Shown: positions 1 through 9,609 of the stretch, in pieces
How the letters are laid out: the number at the start of each line of letters is the position of its first letter
Position numbering within the stretch: position 1 is the stretch's first letter
Virus record (IMG/VR): IMGVR_UViG_3300030331_006178
Span: 1-59,319 of that record
Reading direction: 5' to 3' (one strand)
Length of the DNA: 59,319 nt
Source of the DNA: a virus
Taxonomy: Duplodnaviria > Caudoviricetes
Notes under the pieces: generated by a model
Database searches by the model: none
Seen by the model: the letters and a program-made list of their open reading frames with translations, nothing else
Told to the model about the DNA's origin: nothing
Made by a program: the position numbers and the translations under genes

Positions 1-1
1 T

Positions 2-472
2 AATTTTGGTAAATTTAAATTAATATCTGTTGAGGAAAATTTATACGAGGATATAGAGGGCAAAATAGAGAAAAAATTTAAAGGCTTCGTGGATCTGGTA
101 ATATACACCCCTGATACAAAAAAATTTCATGTAATAGATTGGAAGACTTGCTCTTGGGGCTGGGACAGCAGAAAAAAAACTGATAAAATGATTACCTATC
201 AATTGTCTCTATATAAGCATTTTTGGGCAAAAAAACATGGTAAAAGTTATAAAGACGTAACCACACACTTCGCTCTATTAAAAAGAACGGCAAAGAAAAG
301 CAACGTAGAAATATTTAAAGTTACAAATGGCGAAAAGAAAATTGGTAATGCTCTTAAACTACTAGACAAAGCAGTGTATAATATCGATAAATGCAATTAC
401 GTTAAGAATAGACTTTCATGTTACGGTAAATATGGCGTATGTGAATACTACAAATCAAAACATTGCTCGTGA
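2..472 (+). CDS. PD-(D/E)XK nuclease, Cas4/RecB-like exonuclease (5' truncated by window edge)
   Basis: The frame is open from position 2 (NFGKFKLISVEENLYEDIEG...KGFVDLV). It carries the nuclease motifs VEE...GFVDL...VIDWKT and QLSLY, plus three C-terminal Cys (SCYG..GVCEY...HCS) like the Cas4/AddB Fe-S ligands. Confidence 0.75.
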   Translation, partial: NFGKFKLISVEENLYEDIEGKIEKKFKGFVDLVIYTPDTKKFHVIDWKTCSWGWDSRKKTDKMITYQLSLYKHFWAKKHGKSYKDVTTHFALLKRTAKKSNVEIFKVTNGEKKIGNALKLLDKAVYNIDKCNYVKNRLSCYGKYGVCEYYKSKHCS

Positions 473-479
473 GGTTTAA

Positions 480-1748
480 ATGGATAAAAAAATTAAGGTG
501 CTCACTTTAAGTGATATGCCTCTCTCTCCCTCTGGCGTAGGGACACAAACTAGATATATGTGCGAAGCATTATTGAAGAGTGGCAAGTTTCAAATCCGCT
601 CTTTTGGTGGTGCAATTAAACACCCTAAATACGACCCAATCAAAACAGATCAATATGGTGAAGACTGGATTATGTATCCTGTTGATGGATATGGTAATAA
701 AGAAATGGTTAGATCTTTTATTCGCCAAGAAAAACCAGATATTATTTGGTTTATGACCGATCCTAGATTTTTTGGCTGGCTGTGGGAGATGGAAAATGAA
801 ATTAGACCTCTTATACCTATGGTTTATTATCATGTGTGGGACAATTATCCCTATCCTACTTTTAATAAATTATTGTATGAGTCGACCGACTTCATTGCAA
901 CAATTTCAAAAGTAACAGACGACATTGTTAAAACTGTTGCTCCATCCGTTAACTCTAAGTACGTTCCTCATGCTGTTAATAGTAACTTTTTTAAACCAAT
1001 TGAAAATGAAGAATTACTAAAAGAGTTTAAGAAGTCTGTATTTGGAGACTTTTATGATCCAGATAAGTTTGTATTCTTTTGGAATAATAGAAATGCAAGG
1101 AGAAAACAATCTGGTTCCTTAATTTTTTGGTTCAATGATTTTCTAGAAAAAGTTGGAAAAGACAAAGCATGCTTGATAATGCATACAGAAATTAAAGATC
1201 CTAACGGACAAGATCTGCAAGAAATCATTCAACATTTAGGCTTAACTAATGGCGAAGTACTCTTTAGCCAAGAGAAAGTTGATTTAAAAAGACTATCGAT
1301 GATTTACAACATAGCAGACTGCACAGTAAATATTTCTGATGCAGAGGGGTTCGGGTTAGCCACTCTAGAATCTCTTTCTTGCGGAACTCCGATCATTGTG
1401 AACATGACTGGTGGCTTGCAAGAACAAGTTACTGACGGAAAAAACAATTTTGGTATTCCATTATACCCATCTTCAAAAGCTATTATTGGTTCCCAACAGA
1501 TTCCGTGGATTTACGAGGATCGATTAAATGGAGAAGATGTAACTGGGGCTATGGAAAAAATATTTAACATGTCAAAAGAAGAAAGAACAAATCTAGGTCT
1601 TTTGGGCAGAGAACATGTAATGAAAAATTATAATTTTGAAAATTTTAATAAAACTTGGGTTGATTTGATGACCGAAATTTATGAAGAGCAAGGCTCTTGG
1701 GAGACTAGAAAATACACCAAAAGATGGACCCTTAAGGAGGTTGCTTGA
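480..1748 (+). CDS. Glycosyltransferase family 4 (GT-B fold)
   Basis: N-terminal SGVG loop, NRNARRK, and the GT4 signature EGFGLATLESLSCGTPII. Confidence 0.9.
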   Translation: MDKKIKVLTLSDMPLSPSGVGTQTRYMCEALLKSGKFQIRSFGGAIKHPKYDPIKTDQYGEDWIMYPVDGYGNKEMVRSFIRQEKPDIIWFMTDPRFFGWLWEMENEIRPLIPMVYYHVWDNYPYPTFNKLLYESTDFIATISKVTDDIVKTVAPSVNSKYVPHAVNSNFFKPIENEELLKEFKKSVFGDFYDPDKFVFFWNNRNARRKQSGSLIFWFNDFLEKVGKDKACLIMHTEIKDPNGQDLQEIIQHLGLTNGEVLFSQEKVDLKRLSMIYNIADCTVNISDAEGFGLATLESLSCGTPIIVNMTGGLQEQVTDGKNNFGIPLYPSSKAIIGSQQIPWIYEDRLNGEDVTGAMEKIFNMSKEERTNLGLLGREHVMKNYNFENFNKTWVDLMTEIYEEQGSWETRKYTKRWTLKEVA

Positions 1749-3007
1749 TGAAAGTATTAGTACGAGGACCCGCGTTAACAAGAACTGGCTACGGCGAACA
1801 TTGTAGGTTCGTTCTGCGAGCACTCCGAGAAATTGAAACTTTAGATGTTTATTTAATCCCTGTTAATTGGGGTCAATCTGCATGGGTTTGGGAAGATTCC
1901 GAAGAAAGAAAATGGATTGATACATTGATTAAAAAAACAGCAGTGTACAGCCAACATAGCAATCAATATGATATGTCAATTCAAGTTACAATACCAAATG
2001 AATGGGAGCGTTTAGCACCAGTAAATATCGGAGTTACCGCTGGAATAGAAACAACAAAAGTAGCTCCAATATGGCTAGCCAAGTGCAACGAAATGGATAA
2101 GATTATTACAATATCTGAGCATTCCAAGCAAACGTTTTTGAATACAGTCTACGAGGGGATCGATCAAAGAACAGGTCAACCAGCCGTGCTTAAATGCGTA
2201 AAAGAAGTAGAAATAGTACATTACCCGGTTAAAAAACATATTTTAGATAACCTAGCGCCACTCGAAAATTTTGATTTGACTACGGATTTTAATTTTCTAA
2301 CTGTCGCTCAGTGGGGTCCTAGAAAGAATTTAGGCGCTACTGTCCACTGGTTTGTTGAGGAATTTATTGATAATCCAGACGTGGGGTTGGTAGTTAAAAC
2401 ATTCATCCGAGGCGGCTGCCTGATGGATAAAAACGCCATAGAGGAAGAGCTTAAAAGAACCTTATCTAAATATGAAAATAGAAAATGTAAAGTATATCTT
2501 ATGCATGGCGACCTTAGCGATGAAGAAATGCACTCTCTTTATAACCATAAAAAGATAAACGCTTTAGTAAGTTTAACTCACGGCGAAGGTTTTGGACTTC
2601 CTTTGTTTGAAGCAGCATATTCTGGTCTACCAGTTATTGCGACAGATTGGTCTGGGCATTTAGATTTCTTGTACAAGCCTACAAAAAATAAAAAAGGTAA
2701 AGTAAAAACAAGACCTCATTTTGCAAGAATTGAATATGAACTTCAGCCAATACCCGAAGGAGCAGTGTGGGAGGGTGTTGTGGAAGCCGGTTCAATGTGG
2801 GCATACCCACAGCAAGGTTCTTATAAAATGAAACTCAGAGAGGTTTATAAAGAGTATAGTAGGTTTAAGTCTCAAGCTAAAAAATTGAAAAAATGGATTC
2901 ATGAAGAGTTTGAAGTGAAAAAACAATATGATAAATTCAATTCATTTGTGTTTCCTTGGCTAGCAATGGATTTTTCAATTGAAGAAGATTTGGTAGAGTT
3001 TGGTTAA
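1748..3007 (+). CDS. Glycosyltransferase family 4 (GT-B fold)
   Basis: TGYG loop, QWGPRKN and EGFGLPLFEAAYSGLPVI. The start is placed at ATG 1748 (TGATG overlap, AAGGAGG upstream). Confidence 0.9.
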   Translation: MKVLVRGPALTRTGYGEHCRFVLRALREIETLDVYLIPVNWGQSAWVWEDSEERKWIDTLIKKTAVYSQHSNQYDMSIQVTIPNEWERLAPVNIGVTAGIETTKVAPIWLAKCNEMDKIITISEHSKQTFLNTVYEGIDQRTGQPAVLKCVKEVEIVHYPVKKHILDNLAPLENFDLTTDFNFLTVAQWGPRKNLGATVHWFVEEFIDNPDVGLVVKTFIRGGCLMDKNAIEEELKRTLSKYENRKCKVYLMHGDLSDEEMHSLYNHKKINALVSLTHGEGFGLPLFEAAYSGLPVIATDWSGHLDFLYKPTKNKKGKVKTRPHFARIEYELQPIPEGAVWEGVVEAGSMWAYPQQGSYKMKLREVYKEYSRFKSQAKKLKKWIHEEFEVKKQYDKFNSFVFPWLAMDFSIEEDLVEFG

Positions 3008-4632
3008 TGGACATAATTTTTATATCAGATTTTTTTGTTGATGAGGTAAAAGGTGGCGCAGAAATAGTTGATGGTCACCTAATAAACCTTTTATCCAAAA
3101 AAGGATTAAATGTAGAAAAAATAAAGTCACACAGTGTGACTCCAGAGTTCATAAAATCTAATATAAATAAGACGTTTTTGATATCAAATTTTACTAGAGT
3201 TCGCCCTAAAGCGTTAGATACACTTAGTCTTTGCAAATACTTTATATTTGAACATGACCACAAATATACTATAGATAGGGATGTGTCTAGATATAAAAAC
3301 CATCTTGCACCAGAAGATAGATTAATTAATTTATCTTTTTATAAAAACGCTCAATCTGTTTTCTGTCAGTCTAAAATACATTCTGAGGTGGTTGAGAAAA
3401 ACATAAAATCAAATAATATTGTAAATCTTGGGTGTAGTATATGGTCTGATGAAGAGTTAGATACTTTAGAAAGAGCTTCAAATGCGAAAAAAACAAAACA
3501 GTACGCAATAATTGATTCAATAAACCCTATAAAATCTACTCAAAAATCTGTAAGTTTTTGCAAAAAAAATAATTTACAATATGAATTAATATCTTCTCCT
3601 GATTACCACACGTTTATAACAACTCTATCTCGCTATGAGGGTCTGGTGTTTTTCCCCAAGGTTCTTGAAAGTTTTTGTAGATTGGCAATTGAAGCAAGAA
3701 TGTTAAATTGTTCTCTTAAAACAAATGGTAATCTAGGTTGCACCAGTGAGTCGTGGTTCTCACAGCATAAAGGCAAAGAACTTATTTATTTTATTCGTAC
3801 TAAAAAAGAAAAAGTTGTGAACACGGTTTATGATCATCTGACTAAAGAAAGGACACAGAAAATTGGTGACTTGACTGTGATATTAAACGCCTATAGGCGT
3901 CCCTATAACTTAAAAATGCAAGTTGAGGCATTAAAAAAACAAACAATTAAGCCAAAACAAATTTGGCTTTGGGTAAATGATCATCCTGAAAATAATGATT
4001 TTGATTTTACAACATTAGGGGTGGATAGAATATTTCATAATGATTATAACTGGAAATTTTATGGTAGATTTGCAGCTGCATTATTAGCAGATACTGAGTA
4101 TGTTGGTATATTTGATGACGATACTATACCAGGAGAGCGTTGGTTTGAAAACTGTTTTGAAACAACAAAAAACCATGAGGGTATCTTAGGAAGTGCAGGT
4201 TATATTCAAACCGGTCCAAGAGCCATGCAATATGAGCCAGAGCGTGCTGGATGGCCGCGTCAAAATAAAGAAACTATGAGGGTTGACTATGTGGGTCACG
4301 CATGGTTTTTTAAGCGTGAGTGGCTATCTCACCTGTGGAGGGAAAAGCCTCCAACTTGGGACAATGGAGAAGATATTCATTTTTCTTACACAACTCAAAA
4401 ATATGGTGGTTTGCAAACTTACTGTCCACCACATCCACCAGAAGATAAAAGTTTACATGGATCTTTGCTTGGATATGAACTTGGTGTCGACTCAAAGGCA
4501 ACTTCAAATAATCAAGCGGTCTCGCATCAACAATTTTTTAGTGAAAGAGACAATTGCATCAACAATTCTATTATTGGTGGATGGAATACAGTTAACAGCG
4601 TGAAAGCAGAGGTAAAAAATGATTTGGAATGA
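3007..4632 (+). CDS. Two-domain glycosyltransferase (degenerate GT-B-like N-half + GT-A/GT2-like C-half)
   Basis: The N-half has GGAE and ESFCRLAIEARMLNC (an E-x7-E variant). The C-half has LTVILNAYRRP, a DDD motif (IFDDDTIP) and GEDIH. Confidence 0.7.
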   Translation: MDIIFISDFFVDEVKGGAEIVDGHLINLLSKKGLNVEKIKSHSVTPEFIKSNINKTFLISNFTRVRPKALDTLSLCKYFIFEHDHKYTIDRDVSRYKNHLAPEDRLINLSFYKNAQSVFCQSKIHSEVVEKNIKSNNIVNLGCSIWSDEELDTLERASNAKKTKQYAIIDSINPIKSTQKSVSFCKKNNLQYELISSPDYHTFITTLSRYEGLVFFPKVLESFCRLAIEARMLNCSLKTNGNLGCTSESWFSQHKGKELIYFIRTKKEKVVNTVYDHLTKERTQKIGDLTVILNAYRRPYNLKMQVEALKKQTIKPKQIWLWVNDHPENNDFDFTTLGVDRIFHNDYNWKFYGRFAAALLADTEYVGIFDDDTIPGERWFENCFETTKNHEGILGSAGYIQTGPRAMQYEPERAGWPRQNKETMRVDYVGHAWFFKREWLSHLWREKPPTWDNGEDIHFSYTTQKYGGLQTYCPPHPPEDKSLHGSLLGYELGVDSKATSNNQAVSHQQFFSERDNCINNSIIGGWNTVNSVKAEVKNDLE

Positions 4633-5173
4633 AATACTTTGTTTAGGTGATTCTTTGACTTATGGAGCTAGAGATCGCTATGGTAGATCTTATCCTGCAG
4701 AATTAGGGAAAATTCTAAGTGAGAAAACAGGTGAGTTCTACATTTGTCACAACTATGGTATTAATGGAGAGACTAGTTCCGATCTTTTAAGAAGATCTTG
4801 GGGTATAATGAAGTCAAACAGAAGTTGTAAAATTATGTTACTTTTGATTGGAACAAACGATACGAAAAAGCCAACACCACTCCCGGTCTATCGGGATAAT
4901 TTAAGACAAATTATATTATCTTCTAGGGCAAATGGGATGACGCCTATTGTTGGTACACTCCCGGAATTAGAGTTCTCACCCTACTATCAATCAAACAGAG
5001 AATACGTTGATATCTATTCCGCAGAAATTATTAAGCTATCTAAGGAATTGAATTTTGAAGTATGTGATTTGTCTAAAATGAAAAAATATTTAATCGATGG
5101 GGTTCACTTTGATAACGAAGGGTATACCGAAGTAGCGTCTAGATTTGCAGACAAGGTATTGGATATGAAATGA
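4619..5173 (+). CDS. SGNH/GDSL hydrolase family protein (acyl esterase/transferase)
   Basis: All four blocks are present: GDSLT, GINGET, GTND, DGVH. Confidence 0.9.
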   Translation: MIWNEILCLGDSLTYGARDRYGRSYPAELGKILSEKTGEFYICHNYGINGETSSDLLRRSWGIMKSNRSCKIMLLLIGTNDTKKPTPLPVYRDNLRQIILSSRANGMTPIVGTLPELEFSPYYQSNREYVDIYSAEIIKLSKELNFEVCDLSKMKKYLIDGVHFDNEGYTEVASRFADKVLDMK

Positions 5174-5910
5174 AAATAGGAATAATAGGCAACACCAAAA
5201 TAACTAAAAAAGGTTTAGTGGGATTAATAAATGACGGTTATGATGTTGCATACGTGTTTGGATTACCAGAAAAAAAAGCTAAAAATAAAGTAAATTTTGT
5301 ACCTTTAAAAGGCTTTTGTGATATAAATGGTATAACCTTTGATGATAGTGATAATTGGGATAATTTATTAAAAATCAATCTAGATTTGCTTGTTTGTTTG
5401 GGAGACTCTAGAATAGTTCCTGAAAGCATATTAAATAAACACAAAGTTATAGGTAACCATGGTGCAGTATTACCATATGTTCAAGGTGGCGCCTCGTATG
5501 TTTGGGGTAGAATGCTAAATACAGGCAAATGGGGAATATCCATTATGGAACTTGATAAAGTCGTTGATTCTGGTAAAATATTGGTAACAAAAGAGTTTTC
5601 TTACGATGCAGATTGCACTATGGAAATGTTTTGTGATACTGCAGATAATCTAACAATAGATGCGCTATTTGATTATTTAAATGGAATCTATCAACCTAAA
5701 GAAAACTCCAAATGGGATATTAAAATAAAAAAACACACAGATAGTGAATTTGTTGTTGACATATTGAGAAAAACGTTAGACAATGACTTAAACATCTATC
5801 TCCCGCCAAGAAGACCTAGTGACTCTATGGTAAACAAAAGTTGGGAGAAAGAGTTTGTTGAGGCTTTTAAAAAAGCCAATTGTGACCCTTATCCGAGGTG
5901 GTTTGAATGA
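5170..5910 (+). CDS. Formyltransferase-family protein (probable sugar N-formyltransferase)
   Basis: NHGAVLPYVQGG resembles the N-x-H-x-S-L-L-P-x-x-x-G motif, and VDSGKI matches the D-x-G motif. It lies inside the sugar cluster. Confidence 0.7.
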   Translation: MKIGIIGNTKITKKGLVGLINDGYDVAYVFGLPEKKAKNKVNFVPLKGFCDINGITFDDSDNWDNLLKINLDLLVCLGDSRIVPESILNKHKVIGNHGAVLPYVQGGASYVWGRMLNTGKWGISIMELDKVVDSGKILVTKEFSYDADCTMEMFCDTADNLTIDALFDYLNGIYQPKENSKWDIKIKKHTDSEFVVDILRKTLDNDLNIYLPPRRPSDSMVNKSWEKEFVEAFKKANCDPYPRWFE

Positions 5911-6962
5911 AGTTTTTAATAGCGTTTGGTACTAGACCAGAGTGGATCAAGCTAAAACCTGTAATGGACATATTTGTACAAAATAATATACCGTACAAAA
6001 CTTTGTTCTCAGGTCAGCACGTTGATTTATTACCAAAAAGCGTAATTGAGTCAACAGATGTGAGACTGACAGTTAGTGAAAGTAGTAATCGTTTAGATTC
6101 TATAGTAGGTTCTGTTATGCTTAATTCAGGTATTTGGGACGAAGATATAACACACGTTATGATCCAAGGAGACACAACCTCTGCTTTTGCAATCGCCCTC
6201 GCCGCATTTCATAGAAAATTAAAAGTGGTTCACCTGGAAGCTGGCTTGAGAACTTATAATATATCAGATCCATACCCTGAAGAATTTAATCGTCAAGCTA
6301 TCGCTAGACTGACTGATATACACTTGTGCCCAACTGATACTGCAGCAGAAAATTTATCAAATGAAAGGGTTTCAGGGCAAATACATGTTGTAGGTAATAC
6401 TGTTTTAGATAATTTAAAAGATGTAAAAACAGAATATACAAATAAAATATTAGTCACTATGCACAGAAGAGAAAACCATGATATAATTCACAAGTGGTTT
6501 CAAGAGATTAATAAACTAGCACAAGATAACCCTGATCTAGAGTTTATTCTACCAATGCATCCGAATCCAAATGTTCAAATGCACAAACACATCTTAAAAA
6601 ATGTAAAAGTTGTAAACCCAATGCCTCATAAAGAGTTTATAAATTTAGTAGCAAAATCAAAATTTGTTATTACTGACTCCGGTGGACTACAAGAAGAGTC
6701 TTCTTTCTTTAAAAAGAAATGTATAATCTGCAGAAAAACAACAGAAAGAACAGAAGGCTTGGGAACTTTTGCAATAAAATCTCCAACTCCCGAACAGTTA
6801 AGCGGCATTTTTAAAGTTATTAACAAACAACCTGTACCATTGGGAGAGTGCCCATACGGAGATGGTAATGCTGCAGCCAAGATATTTAAGGTAATAAAAA
6901 CAGAAAATCTTCGAAATGATATGGCGTTAAATCCGGAAAAGTACATAAAGGTCACAAAGTGA
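5907..6962 (+). CDS. wecB: UDP-N-acetylglucosamine 2-epimerase (non-hydrolysing)
   Basis: FGTRPEWIK, GQH, QGDTTSA, HLEAGLRT, PYPEEFNR, HRREN, TDSGGLQEE, PYGDG. Confidence 0.93.
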   Translation: MKFLIAFGTRPEWIKLKPVMDIFVQNNIPYKTLFSGQHVDLLPKSVIESTDVRLTVSESSNRLDSIVGSVMLNSGIWDEDITHVMIQGDTTSAFAIALAAFHRKLKVVHLEAGLRTYNISDPYPEEFNRQAIARLTDIHLCPTDTAAENLSNERVSGQIHVVGNTVLDNLKDVKTEYTNKILVTMHRRENHDIIHKWFQEINKLAQDNPDLEFILPMHPNPNVQMHKHILKNVKVVNPMPHKEFINLVAKSKFVITDSGGLQEESSFFKKKCIICRKTTERTEGLGTFAIKSPTPEQLSGIFKVINKQPVPLGECPYGDGNAAAKIFKVIKTENLRNDMALNPEKYIKVTK

Positions 6963-7735
6963 AATTCAAAGAGGACTTAAAAAGCCTGCTAATTAAAATG
7001 AAATCTAAAGAAAATTTTGCCTTTACCAGATTTTCAGACGGTGAAATTTGTATTATGCAAAATAAAGAACTTAAGCTCGCCACCGATCATGTAATAATGG
7101 GACAGACAACTTATAATTTTGGATATTCTGACGACGATTACAAACATTTTGAACCAGAAAAGCACTCGTTTTTGAAAGATAAGCTGATTGAGGCTTACAC
7201 ATATAAGAAAAAAAATTATTTTGTAGGGGGTATCTGTAAGGGTTGCTCTTGTGCTTCAAGAGAATTTGCTACTTGGATGCACGACCTATATGGCGAGCTA
7301 GATGAAAATCTAACGTCTACAAATTTGTTAGTTAACTCAAACTATCCACTCTTTATAAAATATTTTGTACCCATACTACAGAATAGAAAAGTCGTTTTAA
7401 TATGCAGTCAGAATGCAGATTTATCCAAAACGAAACTTAATATAGTAAAAGATTTTAGAGTTGGTAAAAATTGCATAGTCAATGATCATCATTTGGTTGA
7501 TGATATAAAAAAATGGATTGTTAAAGAAGATATAAAAGATCATATATTTCTATTTTCAGCCAGTAGCCTAAGTGAGGTTTTAATCCATGAACTCTTTAAG
7601 GATCATGATGAAAACACATATATTGATATAGGCACGACGCTTCATCCTTACATAGGGCTAACAATTGAAAGAGATTATTTAAAATCTTTTTGGAGCAATT
7701 TACCACATCCAGACCTCTTTAAATCATGCGTATGA
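6959..7735 (+). CDS. Probable GT-D fold (DUF1792-like) glycosyltransferase
   Basis: N-terminal FTRFSDGE and C-terminal YIDIG motifs typical of GT-D fold proteins, in a sugar-cluster context. Confidence 0.55.
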   Translation: MKFKEDLKSLLIKMKSKENFAFTRFSDGEICIMQNKELKLATDHVIMGQTTYNFGYSDDDYKHFEPEKHSFLKDKLIEAYTYKKKNYFVGGICKGCSCASREFATWMHDLYGELDENLTSTNLLVNSNYPLFIKYFVPILQNRKVVLICSQNADLSKTKLNIVKDFRVGKNCIVNDHHLVDDIKKWIVKEDIKDHIFLFSASSLSEVLIHELFKDHDENTYIDIGTTLHPYIGLTIERDYLKSFWSNLPHPDLFKSCV

Positions 7736-8127
7736 AAAAAATAGTAGCAAATAAAGACATATATTGGGATTTTATAAGAGATTTAAGAAACCATCCCGAT
7801 GTTAAAGAAGGTTTTGTTAAGCAAAATCACATATCTAGAGAAGAACACATTAGATTTATGTCAAAACATGGAGTTCAATACTTCATATGTTTAGTTGATG
7901 ACGAACCTGCAGGTTATGTTGGGGTTATTGATAATGATATTAGAGTTGCAACACACCCAAAGTTTCAAGGAGTAGGAGTTGGTAAATTTATGGTTAATGA
8001 GTTAATGAGATTGTTTCCTAAATCGCATGCTAAAGTAAAAATTAATAATGAGGCTAGCTTGAAGCTTTTTGAATCATGCGGATTTAAAAAGAAATATTAC
8101 ATTTTGGAGAAAGATGATGCTTCATAA
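7732..8127 (+). CDS. GNAT N-acetyltransferase (PseH-like sugar acetyltransferase)
   Basis: Acetyl-CoA motif FQGVGVGK, NEASLKLFESCGF and an N-terminal LRNHPDV. ATGA overlap at 7732. Confidence 0.8.
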   Translation: MKKIVANKDIYWDFIRDLRNHPDVKEGFVKQNHISREEHIRFMSKHGVQYFICLVDDEPAGYVGVIDNDIRVATHPKFQGVGVGKFMVNELMRLFPKSHAKVKINNEASLKLFESCGFKKKYYILEKDDAS

Positions 8128-8737
8128 TCCATATAAAGTTGTGCAAATGTTCGAAGAAGAAATAGCACATTATACGGGCGCACCTTACGCTGTCTCGATG
8201 AATAGTTGTACAAATGCTCTTTTTCTCGCGTGTAAGTGGCACAACGTGAAAGATAAAGAGGTCATTCTGCCAAAAAGAACTTATCTATCACCACCTCAGT
8301 CTGTTATGCAAGCCGGCGGCAAGTTAGTTTTTGAGGATTATGAGTGGGAAGGCATTTATAAACTTAAACCTTTTCCGATTTATGATGCGGCAAAAAGACT
8401 GACCTCAAACATGTATATCCCAGGTTCTATGATGTGTCTTTCTTTTCATATTAAAAAGCACCTTAAAATAGGTAAGGGCGGTATGATTCTTCTTGATGAT
8501 CCTAAAGCAGCTAAATGGCTAAAAGCGCGACGCTACGAGGGACGTACAGATGGTATGAAATATCACGAGGATATGATCGACGAAGAGGGTTGGAACATGT
8601 ATATGACTCCAGAGCAAGCAGTTAGAGGATTAATGCTAATGCAAAATTATCCTGAAAATATGCCTGATATACCAGAAGATCCCCCCTATAGAGATTTAAC
8701 CGAATTTGAATTATTTAAAAACATAGAGGTAAGATGA
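8114..8737 (+). CDS. DegT/DnrJ/EryC1/StrS-family PLP aminotransferase, short form
   Basis: FEEEIAHY, NSCTNAL, DAA, SFHIKKHL (PLP lysine), GKGGMI and GWNMYM. GGAGA precedes ATG 8114/8117. It is only ~207 aa. Confidence 0.8.
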   Translation: MMLHNPYKVVQMFEEEIAHYTGAPYAVSMNSCTNALFLACKWHNVKDKEVILPKRTYLSPPQSVMQAGGKLVFEDYEWEGIYKLKPFPIYDAAKRLTSNMYIPGSMMCLSFHIKKHLKIGKGGMILLDDPKAAKWLKARRYEGRTDGMKYHEDMIDEEGWNMYMTPEQAVRGLMLMQNYPENMPDIPEDPPYRDLTEFELFKNIEVR

Positions 8738-9609
8738 TAACTTTTTCTGAGCTTGGAAAACTTGGTAGACTAGGGAACCAGCTTTTTCAATACGCCATGT
8801 TAAAATCAGTTTCCCTAGCCATAGGTCACGAGCTTAAGATACCAAACCCAGAGGAGATAATTTTTCAAAATCAAAAGTGTCTTTTAGATAAGTTTAACAT
8901 TAAATGTGATTATCTAACAGAAAGAGACAAGCATTCAATAACAACAAACTTTGTTGAACCAGATCACACTTCATTTCATCCTCAAGTCTTCTACGCTCCA
9001 GACAACACAAATTTTTATGGTTATTTTCAATCTTATCAATATTTTAAAAAATTTGATGTGCAAATTAGAGAGGATTTGCGCCTTGAAAAGCAATTACAAG
9101 AGTTAGGTGAAGATTACGTTGGAAAACTAAAAACAGATAATGAAAAAATAGTAAGCGTACATATAAGAAGAGGTGACAATTCAGACGGGACCAACCCAGA
9201 ATATTTAAATTATTATGGTGAAGGTGATATACTAACACGTGATAGTGAGTTTGGTAAATACTTCTATCCTGCTTTGGACATTTTTAAAGATCAAAAAGTA
9301 AAGTTTTTAGTTTTTTCTGGTGGAAGTAGGAAGGGTGTTAACAATAATCAAAGTGATATGGAATGGTGCAAAAGTAATTTAAAGGATGGCAGATTTATTT
9401 TTTGTGAAGGTAATTCAGATATAGAAGACTTTGCAATAATGAAAAATTGTGATCACCATATAACCTCCCATATGACGTCTTTTGGCTACTGGGCGGCTCA
9501 TTTAAATGACAAAGAAAATAAAATAGTAGTAGCGCCATCAAACTACTCAATACCTGATGATGGTAGGGTGCAAAAAGGCTTTTATCCTGCTAAATGGAAG
9601 ATAATATAA
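8734..9609 (+). CDS. Glycosyltransferase family 11 (alpha-1,2-fucosyltransferase-like)
   Basis: GRLGNQLFQY, GYFQS, VHIRRGD and SFGYWAA motifs. Confidence 0.9.
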   Translation: MITFSELGKLGRLGNQLFQYAMLKSVSLAIGHELKIPNPEEIIFQNQKCLLDKFNIKCDYLTERDKHSITTNFVEPDHTSFHPQVFYAPDNTNFYGYFQSYQYFKKFDVQIREDLRLEKQLQELGEDYVGKLKTDNEKIVSVHIRRGDNSDGTNPEYLNYYGEGDILTRDSEFGKYFYPALDIFKDQKVKFLVFSGGSRKGVNNNQSDMEWCKSNLKDGRFIFCEGNSDIEDFAIMKNCDHHITSHMTSFGYWAAHLNDKENKIVVAPSNYSIPDDGRVQKGFYPAKWKII

